The notes under the pieces are model-generated. The model saw nothing but the letters and a program-made list of their open reading frames with translations. It searched no databases and had not been told where the DNA came from. From positions 248,001 through 312,000 of the forward strand of contig JBBPEB010000021.1 of the NCBI GenBank assembly GCA_039096225.1: 64,000 nt of DNA, read 5' to 3'. Numbering within the stretch: the first letter of the stretch is position 1; each line of letters opens with the position of its first letter. Source of the stretch: Blastocystis sp. Blastoise. Its lineage: Eukaryota > Protista > Bigyra: Opalinata. The position numbers and the translations under genes were made by a program. Below are positions 41,125 through 55,104 of this stretch, piece by piece.

Positions 41125-43380
41125 ATGATATAGATGATATAGATGATATAGATGATAAATAGAAGGAATAAATTATATATAGATAATATAGATAATATAG
41201 ATAATATAGATAATATAGATAATATAGATGATATAGATGATAGATGATAGATGATATAGATGATATAGATGATATAGATGATATAGATAATATAGATGAT
41301 ATATAGAAGGAATAAATTGTATATATAAATGATATAAGATGATATAGACAATGTATATATGATATAGATGATACATAGATAATATAGATGATATAGATGA
41401 TATAGATGATATAGATATAGTGATATAGATGATATAGATGATACATAGATAATATATAGATGATATATATAGATATAGATAATATATAGATATAGATGAT
41501 ATAGATAGCATATAGATAGTATAGATGATATAGATAATATAGATGCTATAAATGATATAGATGATATAGATGATATAGATGATATAAATAATATATAGAT
41601 AATAAATAGATAATATAGATGATATATAGATGATATATAGATGATATATATAAATAATATAGATAATATAGATAATATAGATGATATATAGATATATATA
41701 CGTAATATAGATGATATATAGATATATATAGATAATATAGATGATATATATAGATATATATAGATAATATAGATGCTATATATATGATATATAAATGATA
41801 TAGATGATAATATAAATAATATAGATAATATAGATGATATATAGATGATATAAATGATATAGATGATAATATATAGAAGAAATAGTACTATATATATGAT
41901 ATATAGATATACAGGATAATATAGATAATATAGATAATATAGATGATAAAAATAATATATAGATGATATAGATAATATATTAGGAGGAACAGATAGTATG
42001 GATAAATGATATAAGATAATATAGATAATATATAGATAATATATAGATAATATAGATAGTATATAGATAATATATAGATAATATATAGATAATATATATA
42101 ATATAGATAATATATAGATAATATAGATGGTATATAGATGATAATATATAGGAATAGATAGTATGTATAGAAGAAATAGATATTATATATAGATGAAATA
42201 GATGATATATATTATATAGATGATAAATAGAAGGAAAAGATTATAAATATATAGATAATATAGATAATATATAAATGATAAATAGATTACTTATGGAAGA
42301 AATAGATGATATATAGATATTATATGGATTCAATATAGATGGAATAGATTATATATGTAATGAATAGATAAATGAAGGAATAGATGGTATATAGATAATA
42401 TATAGATGTATATGGATAATATATATAGATAATATATATATGATATATAGTAATATATACATAATATATCGGAATAGATAATATAATAAAGAAAATATAT
42501 TATCTATAAAATTAATAAATAATATATAGATAATATATAGATGGTATATAGATGTATATGGATATATTGAAATATCGATAATTAATAGAAGAAATAGATG
42601 ATATATAGATAATAGATAGAATGAATAGATGATATATATAGTATATAGATATACATAAATGATATATATATATAATATATATAATATTATATAGATGATA
42701 TATAGATAATAGATACAAAATAGATAATATATATATAATATATAGATGATACATATATGATTTATAGAGGAATAGATTGTAAATAGAATGAATAGATGAT
42801 ATATAGATAATATATAAATGGTATATGTATGATATATAAATGATATATAAATGATATATAGATAATATATAGATATTATATAGATGATATAAAGATGATA
42901 TATATAGATATTATATATATGATATATATAGAAGGAATAGATGGTATAAAGATAATATATAGAATGAATATATAAAATATAGATAATATATAGAATGAAT
43001 AGATAATACATAGAATGAATATATGATATATAAATGATATATAAATGGTATATAGATAATATATATATGACATATAGATATATATATAATATATAGATAT
43101 TATGCATATGATGTATATAGGATGAATCGAAGGTATATAGATAATACATAGAAAGAATAGATCATATATAGATGATATATAGTAATATATAGTAATATAT
43201 AGATATAAATGGTATATATATAGATAATATATATATGATATATATAAATATTATATATGTGATATATATAGAAGGAATAGATGGTATAAAGATAATATAT
43301 AGAAGGAATAGATAATACATAGAATGAATAGATGATATATAAATGATATATAAATGGTATATATATAATGTATATATAAA
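41125..43380. repeat. Degenerate 9-11-nt minisatellite (GATGATATA/GATAATATA)
   Basis: About 2.2 kb of tandem diverging units inside the MULE. Confidence 0.9.
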
Positions 43381-43389
43381 TTATATCAT

Positions 43390-44035
43390 ATATTATATAT
43401 ATATATATGTAAAATGATATACGAATATATATAAAGATGTAGATGAGTTATATATTGATGTAAATGGTCTTTAGATTCATCTGTGATATAATGTTATATA
43501 TATAATATATATATTCTATATATAGTATATATAGTACTTATATAGAATATATATGTTATATAGAATATATAAATAGTACTTATATAGCATATATATATTA
43601 TATAGAATATATAGTATATATAGTATATATATAACCAATATACATAAAGATATATATAACTTGTATTATAAAGATGCTAAATTATTATAACTACGAAGAG
43701 ATATTATTTTTTTATGTAAAACCATTCTATATACTAGTTATATATATCTTTATGTATATAGGTTATATCTATACTATATATACTATATATCATATATATA
43801 TGTTCCATATAAGTACTATATATGCTCTATATAATATATATATTCTATATAAGTATTATAATATAGAATATATACTATATATACTATATATAGTACTAAT
43901 ATAGAATATATATATTATATATATAACATTATGTCACAAATACATTCAAAAATCATATACATCAATATATAACTCATCTACATCTTTATATATATCCTTA
44001 TATCCTTTTACATATATATATATATTATATATCAT
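43390..44035. repeat. Imperfect long palindrome (foldback/MITE-like)
   Basis: Arms at about 43390-43677 and 43723-44035. AAAGATGTAGATGAGTTATATATTGATGTA pairs with TACATCAATATATAACTCATCTACATCTTT; ATACATAAAGATATATATAACT pairs with AGTTATATATATCTTTATGTAT. Confidence 0.75.
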
Positions 44036-45149
44036 ATATATACCTGTAATGACAAGAGCTACACTACTGAGACCCATGAAAGTACCACTAAGAAGGATTA
44101 CTGATGGAGATAAAGTTAATAGACTTATGTTACCTACTATCATGGTATACTATGATAACAAACGAAGATCCTTAGGTATACTGTGACTATTCAAAGCTAT
44201 TTCATTATTGGTTTTCTATTTACCAAATAACATGAAGAATACTTAATTATTTATATTCATTTTATTAACTACTTCTATTATTAAAACGATATAACTATAT
44301 AAATTTTCATTAAGTATAATATTAGTAACAGCATAATGAATATAGTTGTAGTTGATTCTAGGAAATCTCTCTCTTATCCTCTTCTTAGCTTAACCTATAG
44401 ATATGGTCTTAAATTCTGAATGACTCTTTAATAATTCAGAACAAATGTATCATTTAATGGATCAGAGAGCATTAGTTTATATTCTGTTTTTATAAAGACT
44501 ATATTAATTGTATAAGTAGATTGATCCAATAATGATTGACATTTATTTATGTCGACAGTATATACAATTTCTGTATTTATTAATAAAGCTTGAATCATAT
44601 CATTTGCCATATATCTCTTCACTAATATCGTTTTTCTCTTCATCTATATAATCTTCATGTTGAATATAATTAATAGAAGCTATATTATTATTATTACTAT
44701 TATTTAGAGTCTGTAGAAGATTATCTATGTATTCTCAACAAGTAATATCATCTGAAGAAGTAAACACATGGCTTTTATTAATTAATTCTTCTTCATCTTT
44801 TGCTAAATTATCATCTATATCTTGTTCTATATATATTTCCTCTACTATGTCAAAAGTATTTATTTTAGTAAAACTTAGATTATTCATTTGTTTCATGAAT
44901 ATTTTTTTCAGATTTTGAGAAGTTTTACATTCTTCTTGAGTTATTGTAATAGAAGTATAATTAGAATTTATACTATCATTAGTATCATTTGTTTGATTAT
45001 TGATTGAATCTGATATCATATCTTTATAGTAGTCATATGATGATTCTCTTATAGTATTATGTTTAAATAATTCTATATAATCAGCATCATATTTTGAACA
45101 TTTCTATAAAAATATTATGTTAATAATAATAGTTATTACATTTATTAAT

Positions 45150-45520
45150 TTAATAATATATATAATATATATAATATATAATAATATATAGTAATATATA
45201 GTAATATATAGTAATATATAATAATATATAATAATATATAGTAATATATAATAATATATAATAATATATAATAATATATAATAATATATAATAATATATA
45301 ATAATATAAAATATATAAAATTATATATAATAATATAAAATTATATATAATAATATATAATAATATAAAATTATATATAATAACATACAATAATATATAA
45401 TAATATATAATAATATATAATAATATATAATAATATAAGTAATATATAGTAATATATAGTAATATATAGTAATATATAGTAATATATAATAATATATAAT
45501 AATATATAACAATATATAAT
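45150..45520. repeat. 10-nt minisatellite (ATAATATATA/GTAATATATA)
   Basis: Tandem array in an intron-like position within the MULE transposase relic. Confidence 0.9.
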
Positions 45521-46328
45521 AGTATTTCTATAATAATATATAACAGTATATAATAGTATTTCTATAATAATAAATATAATAATAACAACTATTTTATAAA
45601 ATACATTTATATCTTGAAAATGATAGTATTCCAGGTGATAACCATCATCATAAATATTATATATTGATAGACGCAATTACATTCTTGAATTGGGCAACGG
45701 TATCTAACAGAGGTTTCCGACACTCTCTCTATTATAACACTTTGACCATTAACACTTGAGTAGTAGCGAACAAATATATCTATTTCTTGTCGTGAATGGA
45801 ACACATCATTAAACCCAAAATGTTTTGAACACGCAATATTTGTTAAAATAACATTGATATAGTCATCATCTTTGTCATAAAACCCATTACAATTGTTTTG
45901 AGCTACCCACGACACATAATCAGTAACATAATTGGACGGAACTCGTATAAAAGATGCTTTCGTTAAAGGATTTATTACTCTGGTGTCTTTCGATCGTTTC
46001 TAAAGAGTTTATAAATTAGATAAAACGTCCTTACAATAATTATGTTTGAAATCTGTTTGATAAACTTATTAAAATTCATACTTTGAACTCTGTCAACTAT
46101 TGCATTATAAATCTCGTCATAAGACTCCATAATACTCGTCAACAACGTCAAATATAGAATAATTAATATAAACAAAGAATTGTGTATTTTTTCCCCTTAA
46201 TTATTTTCTCTATAATTTACAACAATAAAAACACTGCCATTTTGTCAAGTTTATCGCGGTAATAATAGTACTCAAAAATAGACTGTCCTGAGTCAAGTTT
46301 TACAATTTAGAGCGTCCTGAGTCAATTA

Positions 46329-47996
46329 CTGGGTTTTTCATAAACAATAATGAAAATTTTACAAATTTTCGTGATTTTTCACAAACATTCGTTTTTTTTT
46401 CATTTAGATTCGCGAAAATTTCATTTGATTTAATAAAAATTTTACTTTATTTCACTTTATTTTTATAAATATTCGTAATTTTTCACTTTGATTAATTTTT
46501 TTTCATTTAAATTTAATAATTTTTTCATTTAAATTAACGTAAGTATTTTTGACTTTTGACCCTTTTTTTTAACTTTTATAAACATATAGACTATGAGCGA
46601 AAACAATTTAAGCCGAAACCAGCGAGGCCATTATTCCATCATTACTGATGAGACGAGAAAGCGAATTATTGACTTTTATACAAGCGGTGCCACCGATTTC
46701 TCAAGTTTTTGTCAAACTATGAAGGTTAATGAAAGTACTGCCCGATCAATCATTTCAAGTTATGTTAAAAATGGAAAAGTTGTCCGTCAAGTTCCTTCGG
46801 GTCGAAAAGCAAAAGTTGTTAGTCAAGAAATGAAAGATCAAATTATAAATTCAATTGATGAAAACTGCTGTATTACTTTAGGTCAAATTAGAGGAAAATT
46901 AATCGCGGTTTTTCCTGGTCAAGAAATTCCTTCGGTTTCCACTATTTTTAGAACCATAAATGGTCTTTTCTATTCGACGAAAAAGGTTCAAATTTCTCCT
47001 GCTGATCGAAATTCTCCAACCACAATCGAGAAACGTCATGAATACGCTGACTGGTTGGCTAGCAATAGAGACAGTTTTAACTTCGTCTACGTTGACGAAT
47101 CTGGCTTTAATTTATGGGAAAAAAGAATTTTTGGCCGAAGCAAGATAGGTTCTCCCGCAATTATGGTTGTTGATGGTCAACGTGGTTGTAACATTTCATT
47201 GGTTCTTGCTATTAGTGGTCTTCGGGGAAACGTTCATCATCAATTTTTCCGCAATTCTGTTGGTTCCGAGCAATTTCTTGAATTTCTTACTGGTTTATGC
47301 GAGACACTTCGTGGAATTTCAACTGCTAAGCCGTTTTGCATTATAATGGATAATTGTTCCATTCATAAAACCAAGGAAATCCTTGATTTTTTAGGCGCTT
47401 CTGGTATTGCTTTTCATTTTCTTCCGCCTTGGTCCCCTTTTTTGAACCCAATTGAAGAGTCCTTTTCTTCAATTAAAACAAAAGCTAGAAGCAATATTGC
47501 TTCTTTTGACTGGTCTAAGGAAAACATTCTGTCAGAAGCCAGAGCTCATGAAATGACATTACTCGATTATCGATATTTCATTCTTGAGCTCATGGTAACT
47601 GACAGTTTCCCGTCTAGTCTGACTATTGAGAACGTCCAAAAGTGGGAACAACACTCAATGGACTTCTTAAGAAGATGTCAGAATGATGAAATCATTCTTT
47701 AAGTTATTTTTTAAGTTTTTTTTTTATAAAAGTGTTGTTTAGTTGTTAAAATGTTAAAAAAAAGGGTCAAAAGTCAAAATAAAAATAACTAATTTAAATG
47801 AAAAAATTATTAAATTTAAATGAAAAAAAATTAATCAAAGTGAAAAATTACGAATATTTATAAAAATAAAGTGAAATAAAGTAAAATTTTTATTAAATCA
47901 AATGAAATTTTCGCGAATCTAAATGAAAAAAAACGAATGTTTGTGAAAAATCACGAAAATTTGTAAAATTTTCATTATTGTTTATGAAAAACCCAG
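46329..47996 (+). mobile_element. IS630/Tc1/mariner-superfamily element, apparently intact (1668 bp)
   Basis: TA TSD at 46327-46328 and 47997-47998; termini CTGGGTTTTTCATAAAC...GTTTATGAAAAACCCAG; TIRs of about 245 bp, near-perfect over the outer ~200 bp. Confidence 0.95.
46593..47702 (+). CDS. IS630/Tc1-like DD34E transposase, 369 aa, intronless
   Basis: N-terminal HTH-like region; YVDESGF (D1), IMDNCSIH (D2), LPPWSPFLNPIEE (E). 34 residues counted between D2 and E. Confidence 0.95.
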   Translation: MSENNLSRNQRGHYSIITDETRKRIIDFYTSGATDFSSFCQTMKVNESTARSIISSYVKNGKVVRQVPSGRKAKVVSQEMKDQIINSIDENCCITLGQIRGKLIAVFPGQEIPSVSTIFRTINGLFYSTKKVQISPADRNSPTTIEKRHEYADWLASNRDSFNFVYVDESGFNLWEKRIFGRSKIGSPAIMVVDGQRGCNISLVLAISGLRGNVHHQFFRNSVGSEQFLEFLTGLCETLRGISTAKPFCIIMDNCSIHKTKEILDFLGASGIAFHFLPPWSPFLNPIEESFSSIKTKARSNIASFDWSKENILSEARAHEMTLLDYRYFILELMVTDSFPSSLTIENVQKWEQHSMDFLRRCQNDEIIL

Positions 47997-49029
47997 TATC
48001 TCAAAATTTCAGAAACATTTTCAAAAAAACGGATCCTTTTCAAGATTTTTTCTATCTTTATTTTTTTTTAAACAGGGTTTTTTATATCAATTTATAAATG
48101 ATTTGTTTCCTACTTTTTATATATACACATATATATATAGCAACACACAAAACTATTGATTCATTTTGATATTGTACAAGTTAAAAACATAGAGTATAGC
48201 ATAAAAGTATAGAGTACATAAAAATAGACATATAAAAGGAATTATTAAATGAATAATATTAAAAGAAAACTGTTATTCAATATAATAAAAGTTGTATATA
48301 AATATAATGAGAAAAAAAACTTGAAAACGAGAAAAAAAAGAAGAAAAAAAAGGGAAAAGAAATTGAAAACAAGAGATATTTATATGGAGAACAGATTTGT
48401 AGAGAGAAAAAGAAACATGTGAAAATGAAAATAAATAGATAATAATATAAAATTGATATATATATATTGAATAATAAAAAACGGAAAAAGTTAAAAAACA
48501 CATCAAATAGTATTTATATATATACAGCAGCATAAAAAAATAGTATATGAATAATATACAGAGGATATAATGAAAAGAAATATATATAAATGAAAAGAAA
48601 TATATATAAATGAAAAGAAATATATATAATGATTAATAATATAAAACAATGAAATTTTATATATAATAATTAATAATACAAAAAAATGAATGTATTAATA
48701 TATATAATGATTAATAATATAAAAAAATATAAGAAAAACTTTTGAATTAGCAAATAATTATATAATAATTAATGATTAAAAAAAAAATAATAAATATATA
48801 TATCATATATATATACAATGAGCAAACGACATCGACGTTGAAAAGAAAGATAAATGAAAAAAAGAATATATATATATAAACTAAATTAGAATATATATAT
48901 ATGAAAACAAAGAAATGAAAAAAATGATATATATTATTATTATAGGATAGAAGATATTTATGAAATATACAAAGAAAAATCAATGCAGTATAAATATATA
49001 GATAATATATATATATATATATATAATAC

Positions 49030-49304
49030 TTAAGGTTCTATGGTTTCTGCTTGTATAAAATAATCAATATTGTGGTTATATATGCATATAGTATTCACGT
49101 TTGTGATAGAATCGTCAGAATGACACTCTGGTGCGTCATTGGGGGTTTTTACGTTATGAATATCAACAGAAGGAGGAATAACTTCCATTTCCACGTGGAT
49201 ATGTGAAATACTATTCCGTGATGGAAGGTCTACAGTAGAATCACGTGACATAAAAACAGTATTCTCTTTTGTATATGGCAATTGGCTTTTAATTATTTTA
49301 TTGA

Positions 49305-49341
<37 letters not shown>

Positions 49342-49497
49342 AATAGTATTATTATTATTCTTTACAGTAGATAGAATGTTAGAAGCATGAGAAAGAGAAG
49401 TGAAATCTAGAGTTGACTGAATAAATTCAGACACTTTCAGATAATATTCATCTCTTTTTTCAGATGGAATATTTGTATGAGTGCATCCTTCTACAAA

Positions 49498-49531
<34 letters not shown>

Positions 49532-50871
49532 AAGAATATATCATTCTACATAAGAAATAAAAATGAATAATAAATATATATATTTATTAAAACTATAATA
49601 TAAATATATATACCAAGGAGGATAGTCACTTTGAAGTGTATTTGCTAGTATTTGTGCTTGCTTATAGGGGATAATCTCATCTTTAGTACCATGCATTTGA
49701 AATACAGGACTCTAAAGGTAGGGGATAAAATAAAGGAGAGAAAGAAGAATAGATATATATTATTAAGTTTTATATATATATATATATGTATATATATAAT
49801 ATATATATATAATATATATATACCTTAATAGCAGATGCACGTTGATAATTATCAAAAGGATCGCAATTGCGAAAGAAACAAGATCCAGGAATTAGACTGG
49901 CTCCTTTAAAAAGATATATATATATATATAATTAATAAAAATTGTATTTGAAAAATAAAAATATCAAAAATATCAAAAAAAAAAATAATAATAATAATAT
50001 ATACATAAATATATACCTGATAGGACTGCGCTATGAAGAATAATTCCTTGAATAAGAACATCTTTCTGAATTCCTAAATATGTACATGCTGTTGAACCAA
50101 CTATATATATATATAGTTATTATAGATAAATAAATAATAATAAATAATCCTATAAATTAGAATAGATATAATAATAATAATAAATAAACAAATATAATAA
50201 TAAATAAACAAATATAACTATAATAATAACATAAATATAACTATAATAATAATAACTATAATAATAATAATAACTATATATATATACTGCTTTCTCCATA
50301 TAAGTATATATTTGAATTCCAGTATTGTGAAACATATTTATATAATAGCATTGAATCTCTATATATATTTTCTTCTGTTGCTTTTCCTGAACTAAAACCA
50401 AAGCCTTCATAATCCATAATATAAATATCGAGTTTGGTTCGTTTAGAAAGTTCAATGCATCGAGGAGTAATACTGCCACAATCACAAGCATTTCCATGAA
50501 AATAAAGAAGCGCGCCACTAAAAAAAAATAAGTCATTTTAATAAAACAAGCAAATTATAAATACAACATACTTTGGATCTTTACATTTCACATGGAGAAC
50601 AGTGACAGTTTTCTCTTCATATACGGGAAGCTCAATAATATCTACATTTGTACCTTCACCAATCGGTCTTTCATATTTCTGGATAATAACTTTACCAAAG
50701 AACTGTCCGTTCTTTTTTATATATGTATCTATAAATAATAAAATAAAGATCAATTATTTTTGTCATACAATGAGGTGGATTAGGTGGATAAAAGGCAATA
50801 GAGGAAACCATCTTGTTGAGTGAGAATCCGCTTTTGAAGAAAGCCTTCACAATGATCCAAATTGCCTCCAT
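49030..50871 (-). CDS. ABHD17-like alpha/beta hydrolase (depalmitoylase family); multi-exon
   Basis: IAFYPPNPP, LLYFHGNACD, DYEGFGFSSGKATEENIYRD, YGESIGS nucleophile motif, ILHSA, MHGTKDEII, VEGCTH; low-complexity C-tail. Confidence 0.9.
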
Positions 50872-51587
50872 AAAGCAATCTTACCACATAAATAATTTTA
50901 GTAAAAAACAAAAGGTATCGTTCATCTATTGGTTGAAACACTAAAACTTGATAACTAGAAAAGTGTCTTAAAATATTTCATGGAAATATAGCAGTTTTGA
51001 CTGTTAAACAACAAGTTTCTCACGGTAATAAAATACAGAAAAAGGAAATCATTTAGAAATCCAATAGAAAATCTCATTTTTCTCTAGTCTTTTTCAGTGA
51101 TTTCCTTTGTTTTTCAATTGTAAAGAGTTCGTTAGTGATTTCAAATGAATGAAATGTGATATACTTAATTTATTATTTTTCAGTATTCAAAAATATTGAA
51201 ATATTTAAGAGTCATCTGATAAGTGAAATCATGGATATCGTTTTGATAAATTATTGATGATTATTTGTTCAAACGATATGATTTAAGCATTCTATTAATT
51301 TTGGAATCAATGAATAGATATTATAAAAAGAGTCGATTCACACAAAAATGAAGATACTATAAGAAAATAAGTAAGCTGATAAAGTATATGTAGAAATTCG
51401 AGTGGGTTTATGATAAGAAAACAATAATAGAGTATCCTAGAATGGTATCTTAGACAATACAAAAAGAATATAATAAAACAATGAATGAAGTACTATAATA
51501 GCATAAATAGGTTTACAAATACATATAGAAATAAATCATATATATGAATACAATAAATAGATAATAATTAAAAATAGAAAATGATTT

Positions 51588-51948
51588 TTAGTTTTTGTAT
51601 TTATTAATAATTTCTTGAAGTCTCGATTTCATTTGATTCATAGCTACTACAGTTGAGAAATTAGGGAATGAAGTAGAGAGAGCAGTGATATATTTATTTG
51701 TTTCTTCTTCATTTTTACCAATAACTTGACAACAAACAATTAAATTATTTAATACGTCGGGGTCGTTAGGATTTCTTTCATAGGCTTCTAAGAAAGTGTT
51801 ATAGGCTTCTTCTCCTTTTCCTTGTTTTAAGTAAGTAATACCGAGTCCCAGTAATAAAGACACACTTTGACCTAATTTATCAATTAATTCCATGTAAATC
51901 TGAGAAGCCTCGACGATATGAGCACCATCCTATATAATAAAGATAATA

Positions 51949-51980
<32 letters not shown>

Positions 51981-52809
51981 TCTCAGATAATAAACAGAAT
52001 AATAAACATAATAAACATAATAATAAACATAATAACACATAATTAATATAATAATAAATATAATAATAAATATATTAATAAACATAATTAATATAATAAT
52101 AACTATATATATACTAATACAACATCAACCCAACAGCAAGCTAATTGAGTTAAAACATTATCTTCATCTTTTAATTTCATTTCTTTAACTATTTTATTAG
52201 CTAAATCAGGACGATTCATTCTTAATAAAGTTTGAGTAAATATAGACATTCTATATATAATAAATATACAATAATAAACATAATAATAAACATAATAATA
52301 AACATAATACATAATAATAAACATAATAATAAACACATAAATCTAATAATAAACATATAAACATAATAATATAATTCAATTAAAAAACTCAAAGTATACT
52401 GTTCAAGAGTTTGGGGATTACGTAAAGTACGATAAGCTAATTCGTAGTTATTTTGATCATTATAAATAGTAGCTGCAATGACAGAGATAATAGGAGAATT
52501 ACTAAATTCATCATTACGAAGAACGCCTAATTGTTGAATAAGATCTTCACGTTTTTCAGGAGAAGCATAATATTCAGCAAGAATTCTAATTGCAGAAAAT
52601 ATAGCAGTACGAGTAGGTCGAGCATCAATTTCTTCCATAACAAATGAATAATTTTGTAAAGCAATATTGGATCTATAGATCAGACAATCTCTTTCTATTT
52701 GATCGTTCTCATTCACAAGAGTAAGCTTAGTAGCTTCTTGAATTGTAGTTTGATAGTTACCAATGTAAAAATTATTACGGGCAATATATAAATAATCAGG
52801 TGAAGACAT
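51588..52809 (-). CDS. COPE: Coatomer subunit epsilon; 3 exons
   Basis: DYLYIARNNFYIGNYQTTIQEA, ERDCLIYRSNIA, LRMNRPDLA, DEDNVLTQLA; TPR-type C-terminus. Confidence 0.93.
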
Positions 52810-53027
52810 GATGATACTTATTCCTTTTATCTCAACGAGTCAACCAAGTAATAAACAAAAAATAACAAAATGATTCCTTTTCCTGAGGAAATCCCGAGTT
52901 ATATCGATGACTTTTCAAAAATTCTTGTTTTTCTATAAAATATGTACTATTTATTTTGGGATTCCCGTGAGACTTAGAATAGTCACATATTTTTTAATTT
53001 ATTTGCTTCCTTTATTATTCGTTCGTT

Positions 53028-55104
53028 ATGAGTGATAAATCTAAACAACCTAATAAAATCAACGAAGAACATGAAAAGGAATTAGAATCCTTGCTTTTCG
53101 CAGATTTAGATGGTAATTATGATGATGTTCTCCAAAGTCAAAAACCCTCGGAACAAGTATATATTAAAATTGCTATATTTACATATTTTAAAGACTGATG
53201 ATGATTCAGAAGAAGAGAAACCTTTATGGCATGACGATGATGATGATGAAGTAGAAGTCAATTTAGTATCTACAAACAGACTAAGAAAGCTCCGTGCTGA
53301 TACAGAAGAAACAAAAGTTACAGGTACTGAATTTAACAAACGTCTTCGAGAACAGTATTCAATTTTTCTTTTCTTTATTATTATATAGTTACATATATAT
53401 ATTCATTTTAATTATTTCTAATGATAATCTACATAGTTACGTCAATGGAAATGAATATCAAAAAATATTTGCACTTCCAAAACGACGCAAAGTTGGCGAA
53501 GAAGAAAATGATGATGAAATTTTTAGAAATTCTGTTGCTTTTATTAAGAATAGTAGTACGTTAGAAGGTGGATTATTAAGAGTTCGTCATTGTGTTGATG
53601 CTAATAGCGAACAATATGCTAATGTATGTATTAGGTTGTTTTTTTGTTTATTATTATGTTTTTTTATTGTTTATTATGTTTGCGTTTATTATAATGTTTA
53701 TAATGTTTATATTATTATTGTTTATATTATTATTATTATATTTCTTATTATGTTTATATATAGAGTGTTATTTCAAGTTGTCGTTTTCATCCTACTACAA
53801 ATGTGCTATTAACCGCGGGAAAAGATAAAGCTGTTCGTTTATTTGATGTATATATTATTATGTTTATTGTGTTTATGTTTATTATTATTAATAATATACT
53901 ACTCTCATGCATATATTAATTATATATATATATATATAGATAGATGGTGAGAAGAATTTAAAAGTAGGTTCAGTATATTTTGATGATCTTCCTATTACTC
54001 ATTGTGAATGGAGTAATAACGGGAATCAATTTATAGCTACAGGAAATAAACCAAGAATATATATATATGATGTTAATAAAGCAAAAAACACAAAAATTAG
54101 CACTATTCTTGGTACATATATATAGTTTCATTTCATTGTTTTTTATATATATTTATAATGCTTTTTATATTATATATTATATATTATATATATATATAGG
54201 CTGTTCAGAATTAGTGTTTGAGAATATTATTACTTCTCGTTGGAACACAAATTATACTTTATTGGGCCAAAAAGGAGGGATCTATATATTAGATAGTAGA
54301 ACCGGGAAAACAGAGACACAAATGAGAGGAGCCAATAAGATGACAGGAGGGTCATATGTGAAGAACGGAACAGAAATGTACACTGTGTCATTTGACGGTA
54401 GTATGTACTCGTGGGATCTTCGTACTCGCACGTGCATATCTGCATTTAAAGATACAAGTATCCTCTCAGCTGTCACGTGCGCATGTAATGACACACATAT
54501 GGCAATTGGTTGTTCTTCTGGTTTTTTGAATATGTATTCTCCTCTTCCTGGTGATAATAATACTGGAAATTCTTCTTCTTCAGGTGTGAATTCCATTTCT
54601 CCCGTGAAAATGTTTGATAATTTGACTACTAGTATTAGTAGTATAGCTTTCAACGATGAAGGGAATCTAGTAGCATATGCTTCTAGAAGCCAAAAAGATC
54701 AATTGAAAGTTGTATATATATTATTAGTAGAGTTATATTTGTTGATATATCAATTATATACATATATATATATATTATTATTATTATTATTATTATTTAT
54801 AAATATATATATTCACTAAACACTCGAATCCCTCATTAGGTGCACGTGCCTTCAATGACTGTGTATTCTAATTGGCCAACAGCAAAAACACCCCTTCAAT
54901 ATGTATCATCACTTTCATTTTCTCATTCTTCTGGTATTTATATATATTATTTATATATATATAATTAATACTATTTATTATTATTATCCTTATTATTATT
55001 CTATAGAATACATTGCTATTGGTAACGATAAGGGTCGCGTGACTTTGTACTCTCTTCCTTTTTATACCAATAAACGAAAGGAACGGGAAGCACTTGAAAA
55101 CTAA
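53028..55104 (+). CDS. UTP18: U3 snoRNA-associated protein 18 (WD40); multi-exon
   Basis: EKELESLLF, PLWHDDDDDEVEVNL...RLRKLR...GTEFNKRLREQ, DAN, RFHP..LLTAGKDK, DGEKN, DNLTTSI, VHVPSMTVYSNWPT, IAIGNDKGRVTLYSL. Confidence 0.93.

Larger units (their letters stand above)
40848..46130 (-). pseudogene. MuDR/MULE transposase remnant
   Basis: N-terminal exons give FHSRQEIDIFVRYYSSVNGQSVIIERVSETSVRYRCPIQEC-(frameshift)-RLSI..., a MuDR/FAR1-type DNA-binding domain pattern. Last exon ILKPLYALQSKGKPATIRRKRK resembles the MULE C-terminal P....GRP..KR motif. DDE core not found. Confidence 0.6.
33055..48002 (-). mobile_element. Mutator-like element (MULE), decayed, about 13.3 kb excluding the nested Tc1
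   Basis: About 50-bp TIR GAGATAATTGACTCAGGACGCTCTAAATTGTAAAACTTGACTCAGGACAG at 33055; reverse complement at 46283-46328 plus TCTC 47999-48002. 9-bp TSD AAAATTTCA at 33046-33054 and 48003-48011. MuDR-like relics inside. Confidence 0.88.

Noticed and set aside
41003-43904. Overlapping I/Y-rich ORFs
   Set aside because: Translations of the GATATA minisatellite and the palindrome.
44428-44643. Ulp1/SENP-like protease relic in the MULE (YMANDMIQALL...LSDPL)
   Set aside because: Only a vague resemblance; catalytic His and QxNxxDCG motifs not found. An HHpred search would decide.
54230-54653. Minus-strand ORFs opposite UTP18 (and similar ones opposite the CCT and ABHD17-like genes)
   Set aside because: Shadow ORFs of well-supported genes on the other strand.
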